Assembly: GCA_002269645.1 (NCBI GenBank)
Contig: NIVC01003711.1
Coordinates: 17,320 to 81,319, forward strand
Direction: 5' to 3'
Length of the DNA: 64,000 nucleotides
Source of the DNA: Macrostomum lignano
Taxonomy: Eukaryota
Under the pieces are notes generated by a model, which ran no database searches, was not told the DNA's origin, and saw nothing but the letters and a program-made list of their open reading frames with translations. A program made the position numbers and the translations under genes. This document shows positions 34,401 to 42,722 of this stretch, piece after piece (within the stretch, counting starts at the first letter, position 1; the number at the start of each line of letters is the position of its first letter).

Positions 34401-34591
34401 TCACCCCACAATCTGAGCACAGTGAGGAGTATGGCACGCTGAAGGTTGGAGCATTATTAGTTGACTTCCTACCTAACCCCCTGCGGAGAGAGCAGATTAT
34501 TAATGCCCAGCGCGAAGACCCCAATATTAGTACTTTGCTGAGTTGCAAGCTTGAAGAAAAAGAACCCCCCCGCCGAGCAAAAGAGCATTAG
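31394..34591 (+). CDS. pol: Pol: aspartic protease, reverse transcriptase, RNase H (entered by -1 frameshift; ORF track starts at 31535)
   Basis: FLLDTGAG (PR); SLDLNSGYWQV, QGLSNAPGTFQR and SYIDDI (RT); VLDVDAS, KELLAL and RTDHKAI (RNase H). Confidence 0.95.
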   Translation, partial: LGFEGRYSRPRPSRKPQSEAQASHFSRKPVFNPLPGGWRQVPFSRNSMRNAPMRNAPTRNAPMYRAPMRNAPVNSASPIALSPNMFELLASEPSESDAKASASELTKSPVTKPANAKQKARKSRKAKYREAKKAAEKAKVDLISEKSSEAIVFGDIEGQEIDFLLDTGAGNCFLSKSVWSKVIKTEQIRETNKRVTTFDGSSVQLEGEASVSVTFGDIQIDTSFLLCSYECDNILGMDFFLSHCKSIDLDNGMLVLKRGLCVPMQYTRQAVRICRVYTREKAVVPANSALRVPIRLAKDHEPNHGTPMTVEVIGEGVRAKELTVEMVPTLVTMRDGSAIVEIVNRHSVDVRLPKSTLIGLAKPMRAKDLVYWSASPSAAESASPTIAEDAAQPAGRVNQAQATEDAWVSEISIGADLSESQRKAVIDLVRENREAFSQHDLDMGLTHLVTHEISLKDETPVRIPTRRIPPHLQKQVDAQLDDMLAKNLIRPCYSTYSTPLVIVPKKDGTIRIVSDFRVLNSRVNYFPYPLPNIQETFSNLTGSRYFSSLDLNSGYWQVPIKEEHKFMTAFSTLTRGQFEYQVMAQGLSNAPGTFQRLMNLVLAGIQHKFAMSYIDDIVTYSKQFEEHLSHLREVFQRLITAGLKLRAKKCNLFHSELKYLGHVIGRDGIRTDEAKIEAIRTWPKPKEVKELRSFLGLCNYYSRFVKNYAEVAHPLFQLTRKGVQNFQAKWTAKHDEAFELLKTRMMSTDVLAYPEFIDNEKVKMVLDVDASDGRIGACLGQIQSDGVERPIAYFSRAMKESEKRYPITRKELLALVDAMRHFRFYLIGKKFLARTDHKAILWLLRQTEAQGILGRWIERLNEFQFEIEHRSGAKHSNADSLSRRPAEAAQPDCKANEKAEAEKKNQEMSEIPSKGVRAEVNQKISADKEKYIPSERVCAQQNQNGKAKDSISNLTQPPTEQREGETNPPPPESQRSKIVSGEKSVRIDSVKTQSSCVMQSSRVTPQSEHSEEYGTLKVGALLVDFLPNPLRREQIINAQREDPNISTLLSCKLEEKEPPRRAKEH

Positions 34592-36197
34592 CTCAGAATT
34601 TAAGCAGTTGGGCAAATCCTACGAGAAAATGAAAATCGAAAGCGATATGCTTGTTATTGAAGAAGAAGGAGTAAGCAAAATTGTGTTGCCAGTGTCGCTG
34701 GACAAATTAGTGCTGGCTGATCTACACGATAGCCCACTAGCAGGACACTTGGGTCGTGACAAGACAGTGCAAAGAGTTAGGGAGAGATTTTGGAGACCCG
34801 GCTTAGTGACAGCCATTGAGAAGTACATATCTGAGTGTATTCCGTGTTTGGAAAGCAAAAGAGGATGCCCTGTTCAGGCTCCAGTGCAGTCATTCCCAGT
34901 CAACGAGGCATTTCATCGCCTACATATCGATATCATAGGCCCCATTTCGAAAGAAAGCAAGAGAGGCCATCGTTATGTACTGACTGTAATTGATAGTACT
35001 ACCCGCTACCCATTCGCGTTCCCGATCCGTAATCAGAAGTCTGATACCGTGATCAAGATCTTACAGGAGCGAATTTTCAGTGAATATGGTCAATGCCATT
35101 GGATACATACTGACAATGGGAAAACCTTCACAAGCAGACAGTTTAAAGCGTTTTGCGAAGCATACAATGTCAAGCACACCTGTACCACCCCGTACCATGC
35201 CCAAAGTAATGGCTTGGTAGAGAGGTTTAACAAGCAAGTGAAATCCATCATTACCTGTTTAATTAAGAAGGACCATAGCAATTGGGATTTAATGATCCCA
35301 GCAGCGCTTGTTGCAGTGCGCACTAGTGTGAATCAAACCACAGGCTATTCACCCCATTTCCTGTTATTCGGAAGGGAGCCAGTTTTGCCACTAGACAGTC
35401 AAATTCGCCAGCCAAATCAGTACTCAGGCTATCCAGCCTATGTCGCAGATCATGCCGAAAGGCTAGAAATTGCCAGAAAAATCGTGAGAGATAAGCTCGA
35501 GAAAGTTGCTGATAATAGAAAGAATATTGCTGAAACAGCCAAGCAGCCTAAGGAAGTACCAGTAGGGAGTTTAGCGTTATTAAATAACCCGCAGTTAGAC
35601 AATGAGGAGTCTAACAAATTTCACAGAAAGAAGAGAGCCGCCTATAGAGTGATCGAACAGATCTCAGATGTAGTGTTTAGAGTGCAGAAAGAAGAGGATG
35701 GTGAGCTTGTAGGGAATAAATTATTAGTGCATAGGGACAATTTAACACTAGTTCCTAATTCGACCGCAGAATTACCAATTAAGGGAAGCCAGCAGGAGAG
35801 GCACCGGAAGAAAAATCAGTCAAGGAGGGAACCTAAAGCTAAGGGAAGCCACCCGCCGAGGAAGCATAAGGAGATAGTGATTAGTGAAGAGTCTGAGTAT
35901 GACACTGAATCTGAGGATGAGCGAGTGCAATGGCAATGCCAAATGAGAGAGTCCGAAACGGAACCAGCAACTGAGAGCGAAGATGAGAGCCAAGAGTCAG
36001 AGAGTGCGGTAGAAGAAGGAGGAATAATGAGCAATGCAGAAGACGCCAGAGAGAACAATGAGATTGAGCATGAGCACGAGGAAGCTAATTCAGAGAGGAG
36101 ATACAATACACGCAGGCAGGTCAGGCCCCCCAAGTGCTATTGTTGCTTGAAGCGGCTGGCCACTGTGCTGTCTTTGTTGAACAATCTCAGTTTCTGA
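34551..36197 (+). CDS. pol: Integrase portion of pol, offset +1 from RT-RH at a C7 run
   Basis: HHCC (LHDSPLAGHLG...CIPC) and DDE (LHIDIIGP, HTDNGKTF, SNGLVERFN), with an acidic tail ending RRYNTRRQVRPPKCY. Confidence 0.92.
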   Translation: MKKKNPPAEQKSISSEFKQLGKSYEKMKIESDMLVIEEEGVSKIVLPVSLDKLVLADLHDSPLAGHLGRDKTVQRVRERFWRPGLVTAIEKYISECIPCLESKRGCPVQAPVQSFPVNEAFHRLHIDIIGPISKESKRGHRYVLTVIDSTTRYPFAFPIRNQKSDTVIKILQERIFSEYGQCHWIHTDNGKTFTSRQFKAFCEAYNVKHTCTTPYHAQSNGLVERFNKQVKSIITCLIKKDHSNWDLMIPAALVAVRTSVNQTTGYSPHFLLFGREPVLPLDSQIRQPNQYSGYPAYVADHAERLEIARKIVRDKLEKVADNRKNIAETAKQPKEVPVGSLALLNNPQLDNEESNKFHRKKRAAYRVIEQISDVVFRVQKEEDGELVGNKLLVHRDNLTLVPNSTAELPIKGSQQERHRKKNQSRREPKAKGSHPPRKHKEIVISEESEYDTESEDERVQWQCQMRESETEPATESEDESQESESAVEEGGIMSNAEDARENNEIEHEHEEANSERRYNTRRQVRPPKCYCCLKRLATVLSLLNNLSF

Positions 36198-36235
36198 GTG
36201 GAGGAGAAGGAAGGAAGGAGAAGGAGGAGTGAGAG

Positions 36236-36468
36236 CCAATGAGAGGAGGCGTAGAAGTGAAGGGATTTCGAGGCCGTGGATAGGAGGAGAGAGGCGAAGA
36301 GACCGACAGCCAATAAGGAAGAATCATCAGCCAATGAGAGAAGACCTGCCATTTAAACAAATAATTGTTTGTTTGAATAAGCTTGAAACATGATGCCCCC
36401 CAAAGTGGAATGTTTGCAAACCTATATAAGCGAGATCCCTGACGCAATCAGTTCCTCATCCTCAACAG
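36236..36468 (+). promoter_or_regulatory. Internal promoter signals (3x CCAAT, TATA, Inr) overlapping a branch point/acceptor upstream of ORF3
   Basis: AGCCAAT(G/A)AG with CCAAT at 36236, 36310 and 36331; TATATAA 36423-36429; TCAGTT 36448-36453; CTGAC 36439-36443; pyrimidine tract plus CAG ending 36468. Confidence 0.6.
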
Positions 36469-36523
36469 AGCAATAAGGCAGCAATTAAGTAGCAATAAAG
36501 AAGCAGTCAAGAGCAAATCCGTT

Positions 36524-37966
36524 ATGAATAAAGAAAACGAAGAGTTAAATATTTTAGCAGACGGTAGTGAATTTGACGATCTATTAAAAGAGCTTGAAGG
36601 GCCTTGGCCCATGCAGCAAGATGAGCAAACTGAGCAACCAGAGCCAGAGCGTTCAGCGCAGCAAAACGAGCAAGAACAGCTAGCTGAGGCTCCGTCGCAG
36701 CCGCCTGCTACGCAGCAGCCTGCTCCGACGCTGGCACCGCCGTCAGAGCCATTACGGGAGCGTCAGTCAGCTGACCTGCCCGGGCCCTCGCAGCCACCGG
36801 AGCCCTCCACCAAGCCAAAGCGACCTGCTGCAGAAACGGATCAGGGTACACAAGCGAAGAGGCCGGCCCCGTCAAGGCTGCCAGTGTCCCAGGATCCGGC
36901 AGCAAGACAGGAGCTCGTTAGAGTGAAGTCGGTGCAGTCCGTGGTGGTAAAACCGACGGTTATGCAGAGGCACCCGGCTGGCGCGCGGCCCACACTGATG
37001 TTAGCTGCCCCGCCTCAGCAGCAGCGGCCGGCTCAGCGGTCGCAGCCTCGACGTGTGGCGTCGCGAGCAGAAGTCCGACAGCAGCTGCCAGTGCACCGCA
37101 GGCTGGCTCCGCGGCCGCCGCCGCAGCAGCGCCGGCAGTCGCCGCCGCAGCGCCGCCACCAGTCTCCGCCACGGCACCGCCACCAGTCGCCGCCGCAGCG
37201 CCGCCACCAGTCTCCGCCGCAGCACCATCAGCAGCCACCGCCGTCTCAGCCTCATCAGCAGCCACCGCCGTCTCAGCACCATCACCAGTCTCCGCCGCAG
37301 CACCATCAGCAGCCACCGCCGTCTCAGCCTCATCAGCAGCCACCGCCGTCTCAGCACCATCAGCAGCCACCGCCGTCTCAGCCTCATCAGCAGCCACCGC
37401 CGTCTCAGCACCATCAGCAGCCACCGCCGTCTCAGCACCATCAGCAGCCACCGCCGTCTCAGCATCATCAGCAGCCACCGCCGTCTCAGCATCATCAGCA
37501 GCCGCCACCGCAGACTGCAGTGCCACCACAGGCGTCAACCTGCCGTGCAGCTGCAAGTTATTTGTTCGCCCCCGGCAACCAAGACATCCAAAGGCTTGCT
37601 GCGATGGGCGCCGACTTCAGCGCCATCATGGACGGTTTGTCGCCAGAACAGCAGGCAAGAATGAAGCGACTGATTGCTGCCCTGAAGGAGTATCTAATGC
37701 GAATCGGCCACTTGCGGTTGGACCGGCCGCTGCCACAGCGGGCCCAGGTCCGGCCAGCCTGCATTGTGCTTCGCCAAGAATTCACGCCTGAGCAAGCTGT
37801 CGCGGCTTGGCGCCGCGCCGTGAATTACGTACTTCATGACCTGAATGCGGCTGGCCAGCCGTACTTTCGCACGCTGCTTATCATAGAGATTAAGTGGCTC
37901 GCCGAGCAAGTCGGATGGCCTCTACGCGACCTTTTGCCGGACGAATTTAATCTGAATGATAATTAG
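36524..37966 (+). CDS. Accessory ORF3 of the retrotransposon, unknown function, not env-like (480 aa)
   Basis: Intact ATG-to-TAG ORF between INT and PPT. It has an acidic N-terminus, a QPPPSQHHQ repeat core and a ~140-aa predicted-helical C-terminus, with no visible signal peptide or TM segment. Confidence 0.8.
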   Translation: MNKENEELNILADGSEFDDLLKELEGPWPMQQDEQTEQPEPERSAQQNEQEQLAEAPSQPPATQQPAPTLAPPSEPLRERQSADLPGPSQPPEPSTKPKRPAAETDQGTQAKRPAPSRLPVSQDPAARQELVRVKSVQSVVVKPTVMQRHPAGARPTLMLAAPPQQQRPAQRSQPRRVASRAEVRQQLPVHRRLAPRPPPQQRRQSPPQRRHQSPPRHRHQSPPQRRHQSPPQHHQQPPPSQPHQQPPPSQHHHQSPPQHHQQPPPSQPHQQPPPSQHHQQPPPSQPHQQPPPSQHHQQPPPSQHHQQPPPSQHHQQPPPSQHHQQPPPQTAVPPQASTCRAAASYLFAPGNQDIQRLAAMGADFSAIMDGLSPEQQARMKRLIAALKEYLMRIGHLRLDRPLPQRAQVRPACIVLRQEFTPEQAVAAWRRAVNYVLHDLNAAGQPYFRTLLIIEIKWLAEQVGWPLRDLLPDEFNLNDN

Positions 37967-38334
37967 GTGACTATAATTGAACTGTCATGTACTGTTATTT
38001 TTTCGCATTGCATGCATACCTATTTAGCCTTCACTAATTTGCATGGATACTTATTTAGCCAAAATTCTTGTGTGCTCAACTTTGTGCAACTTTATATTTA
38101 GCCAAACATCTTTTTGTACGCTCAACTTCGTGCCATTTTAATAATAGCCAACCTTGCTCAATTCTTCCACTAACTATATTACTGATATTACCATGTTGTG
38201 TGCTGTTTTAATGTTTTAGTGTCAGCCAATTTTATCTAGTGCCTACGTTTTGTGATTAAAAGCCCCTTTTGCACTTTAACTACACATTTATTCACTCACT
38301 AGTTTATTCATAAATATGTAGAAGGGAAGCCAGT

Positions 38335-39150
38335 TGAGGCAGGCCCGATGTGTTTAATATTCACGTAACCATGATTTTAAATTTCAGCCAAACTACGCTT
38401 AACAACGCATTTTTGTTAGAACGAACTCTTTGTTTTAATGGGTTTGTTTTATTCGGGAAAATTATTTTGTTAAACCGCTATAAAGAAATTTGTTTATTCA
38501 CGACCCGCGCACCCCACCTCCCCCTTTTTGAGACTATAAATACAAGCGATTGCGGGCAATTTCCCCTTTGCCCGCCGTTTCCTCGATTCGGTCAAGAAAA
38601 GCAAAACGTGTTGTCTTAGTCACTGGAAAGCAAGACAGGAGAGAAAGCTGTAAGAGGCCAGAAAAGCCGTAAGAGGCCAAGAAAGCCGTGAGAAGCCAGA
38701 AAAGCCGTAAGAGGCCAAGAAAAACTGTAAGAAGCCAGAAATAGACGGTTGACGAGTCGGGCAACTCCTTCCCAGGGAGCCCGCAACTAAATATAGGGAA
38801 TTAATAGTAGTAATAATAATAGTAGTGAGATTCATAACTACATGTAGACCAGTGTTTGCCGCTCGACACTGCTACCAGGGCGACTTGCATAGATTCAAGG
38901 AGTCCTTAGATTAGAATTCTAGACTTGATATTTTCTAAGAAGCAGCAATTGACTAAGCAATTTTATGGAGTAATAACTATTCTAAATTACAACAACTTGA
39001 TTCTGTAGTGTGATTATAAACTAGGAAGTGTATAGCCCTGGTATAACTTGGTAACAGCGGTGGGATATTAACAGACAGGAATACCCCCTAGAACAACTTG
39101 GTGGCAGCGGTGGGATATTATTAGAAAGGACAGGAGTTTCCCCTAGAACA
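38335..39150 (+). repeat. 3' LTR
   Basis: Direct repeat of 29529-30344, preceded by the purine tract AGAAGGGAAG. Confidence 0.97.
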
Positions 39151-40226
39151 ATATTATCTTGTCAATTTGGGTTACTAGGCCTGCCTATCATGTCATGAGT
39201 TACTTACTTGACTTAGCTGCAGGGGGCTACGTGCGTCCGGAAACAGCGAGGAGGCGTTGCCGCCCATATCGCTAACCCCTGGCGACCATGTCATGAGTTA
39301 GACATGACATGCATGACATGAAAATTTGTATTTAACTTCTTTAAAAATGTTAAATAGCAGAAATATGATATAGTATTCAATATAAAAAATATTTTGCACT
39401 TCTTCAAATTTGTTTCTTGAATTTAAAAAGCTTGAATTTGAATATTAAAAAACAAATGTAAACTAGGTGTAGCTACCCAAATTTGAATTGAGTTTGGTTT
39501 AATAGATAAAAGTTCACTTTGCACAAAAATTATTTTGTATTATACTTGGAAGCCCTATTTTATATTAGACCTAATTCTAAAGGTTATTGTTGTAAATCAA
39601 CATAGTTTATATAGAGATTCTAATAGGATCATGTAAAGTACTAAAAAACTTGATAAGTTGATAGTTAGTATATAATTCTATGTGTAACAATGCCTTTAGA
39701 CCTATTATACTTTGAGTGAAAAAAATTAAAAGTTTTTATTGTATCTCTAATAGTGCTAATATGATAGATATATTAGGGCCCAATAGTGATGGTTATCACT
39801 GTCTATTTTAAAAGGCCTAAAATTGAAATAAAACACATTTTTGCTAAAAGGATCTATGTCTATTTGACTTTTAGCAATAGACAATGAAATTTCCCACAAT
39901 GGGTTTGTTTTTATACTAAAATTAGACTATTATGATTGAGCTTAAACAATATTTATATATAGATATTAGATAGGATCAATCAACTTCTTAGGCATTGTAC
40001 CCAAGATTCTAGGACTTGACTTTAGGATAATCAAGAAGTAATCGGGTATCTGGTTTAATTTTGAATTAATTATAGATGTTGGATAGCAACAAAGTTTTCA
40101 GGATTGAGATCCTTGTCGTAATCCTAAAATATCTTTTAATAACTTTTTCAACCTACTTACAGACAGTAGTAATAAGCAGTACTTGATTTACTAAATGTCA
40201 CCCCATCCTATTGCACATTCAATCAG

Positions 40227-42020
40227 CTGTTCCAGTCAGTGCGCAGCGTGGCCTTTTTGCGCCATGCTGCAGTCCAGCAGCTGAGCACTGCTCCAGCTCC
40301 ATCAGCAATGGCTTCCCATTCAATGCGCTCAGTGAACTCATACGAGTATGGCGGCTTAGAGAAGCTGCAGCTCACCGACACCATGAAGGTGCCAGTGCTC
40401 CGCCAGCCGGACGATATTCTGGTGCGGGTGCACTGCAGCACTGTGCAGCCGATAGACATCGCACTGCTTTCCGGCTACGGCTCTGTTCTGCTGCCCCTCG
40501 CTGCTCGAGCTGCCGCCTGCGGCGCCGAGCCTGACGCTGTTCCGCCAGCGCTGCCACTAATTCTCGGCCGCGACTTCTGCGGCGAGGTGGTCGCGGCCGG
40601 CCCGGACTGTCCGCCAGAGCTGCGCCAGCCCGGCCGGCTGGTTTGGGGCGCCAGGGCGCCGTTCGAGTCTGGCTGCCACGCCGAATTCGCCCTGGCCAGC
40701 GCCCGGCATGTCCGGCCCGTGCCGGACGGCGTGGACCCGGCCGCTGCCGCCTGCGTCCCGTATCCGGGCCTCACCGCGCTGGCCGCCATGCTGGAGGCTG
40801 GCCTGCCCACGCCTGCCAGCAGCTTCAACTGGCCGCTGAGGTGTCGGAGTTCTCGGCCGGACCCTGCTGTGCTGGTCCTGGGCGCCAGCGGCGGCGTTGG
40901 CTTGCTGCTGCTTCAGCTCATTCGATGCCTGCTGCCTGCCTGCCGCCTTGTTGTCACCTGCCCGGCTAGGTGAGCTTTTACTGCCTCCCTTAATCCCTTG
41001 GTCTTTTAGTGTCTCCTTAATCTCCTGGCCTTTTACTGCCTTCCTTTAATCCTCTGGTCTTTTAGTGGCTCCCTTAATCTCTTGGTCTTTTAGTGGCTCC
41101 CTTAATCTCTTGGTCTTTTAGTGGCTCCCTTAATTCCCTGGTCTTTTAGTGGCTCCCTAATCCCCTGGTCTTTTAGTGGCTCCCTTAATCTCTTGGTCTT
41201 TTAGTGGCTCCCTTAATCTCTTGGTCTTTTAGTGGCTCCCTTAATCCCCTGGTCTTTTAGTGGCTCCCTTAATCTCTTGGTCTTTTAGTGGCTCCCTTAA
41301 TCCCCTGGTCTTTTAGTGGCTCCCTTAATCTTTTGATTCTTCAGTGGACTGCCTTATCCGCTGATTCCTTAGTATAGTCTCTCTAATCTCCTGATGCTTC
41401 AACGACAGCCAGTTAATCCTGTTCAATTAATCAAAGTAAATAGAATCTCCAACCCAGTTGTGCTACTGTCAGTAGTGCAGCTGAGCTGCTCAGCAATAGT
41501 ATTAAAATCAAAATAAACCCGAACTTTCAGACACGTCGCCGACCTGCCAGCTGCCGTGAATGGCTGCCAGCTGGACTCGGTGCTGGCATCCGGCGGCCAT
41601 GACTCCGCCGCGACCCTGCAACAGCTGACCGCAGCTCCGGCTACTTTCGATGCCATCATCGACCTGACTAGGGATGCCGCCAGTCGGCGCCGCCTGCTGC
41701 CGACCCTGCGGCCGGGGGGCCGTCTGGCCACCGTGAGCAGCCCGCTGCTACGCCTGTTCGACCAGCGCGGCGTCGCTGGCGGCGCCCCGGTCGCGGCGCG
41801 CGCCTTCGCCTCGGACCGGGCCGCCGGAATCCGCTGGGCCTTCTTTGCCCAGTCCGGCGCCAATCTGGACTATTTGGCGCGGCTGTTGGCGCTGGGCCGG
41901 CTGGCGCCAAGGATTGACCGGCGATTTTCTATGAGCGGCGAATTTCGCACCGCCTTCGAGCTGGCAGCCGGAGGCGACGGTCGCGGCATGGGCAGAGTGG
42001 TGCTGGACGTTGCCAGCTGA
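40227..42020 (+). CDS. RTN4IP1: Reticulon-4-interacting protein 1-like mitochondrial NADPH oxidoreductase (MDR/quinone reductase family); exons 40227-40969, 41531-42020; start unresolved
   Basis: DDILVRVHCSTVQPIDIALLSGYG, PLILGRDFCGEVV, AAACVPYPGLTA, VLVLGASGGVG and RWAFFAQSG...GRGMGRVVLDV follow RTN4IP1. The phase-2 intron AG|GT...CAG|A keeps frame (1233 nt). Confidence 0.88.
40980..41345. repeat. ~30-bp minisatellite (GGTCTTTTAGTGGCTCCCTTAATCTCTT) in the RTN4IP1 intron
   Basis: Direct reading. Confidence 0.9.
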
Positions 42021-42204
42021 GGCAACTGCTGACTACTGGTTGATTTGCGTCTATGCTCTTTGCTCTTGAATACAAATATTATTAGATTGTTGAACTGGCA
42101 TTTCGTTTGGCATTTTTCTGTCATAAACTGATTAAATTGGACCCAGCAGTGCGTTGTTAAGCTTGAATTTTATTAGTTCATTTTTGGTTTGTGAGCGGGA
42201 ACAG

Positions 42205-42722
42205 CACTCTCACTGAGCAGGTACTGCACTCACTGAGCTGGCACTGCACTCACTGAGCAGGTACTGCCCTCACTGAGCAGGTACTGCACTCACTGAGCAG
42301 GTACTGCACTCACTGAGCAGGTACTGCACTCACTGAGCTGGTACTGCACTCACTGAGCTGGTACTGCCCTCACTGAGCAGGTACTGCACTCACTGAGCAG
42401 GTACTGCACTCACTGAGCTGGTACTGCACTCACTGAGCAGGTACTGCACTCACTGAGCAGGTACTGCACTCACTGAGCAGGTACTGCACTCACTGAGCAG
42501 GCACTGCACTCACTGAGCTGGTACTGCACTCACTGAGCTGGTACTGCCCTCACTGAGCAGGTACTGCACTCACTGAGCAGGCACTGCACTCACTGAGCTG
42601 GTACTGCACTCACTGAGCTGGTACTGCCCTCACTGAGCAGGTACTGCACTCACTGAGCTGGTACTGCACTCACTGAGCAGGTACTGCACTCACTGAGCTG
42701 GTACTGCCCTCACTGAGCAGGA
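42205..42722. repeat. 20-bp minisatellite (CACTCACTGAGCAGGTACTG), ~26 copies
   Basis: Direct reading. Confidence 0.95.

Larger units (their letters stand above)
29529..39150 (+). mobile_element. Full-length young Ty3/gypsy LTR retrotransposon with an extra ORF
   Basis: 816-bp LTRs (29529-30344, 38335-39150), TG...CA, 4 substitutions by manual comparison. 4-bp TSD ATAT (29525-29528 / 39151-39154). PBS at 30348 and PPT at 38320-38329. Domain order gag-PR-RT-RH-INT. Confidence 0.97.

Noticed and set aside
36524-37966. ORF3 as an env gene
   Set aside because: No hydrophobic signal peptide, transmembrane anchor or Cys-rich ectodomain is visible.
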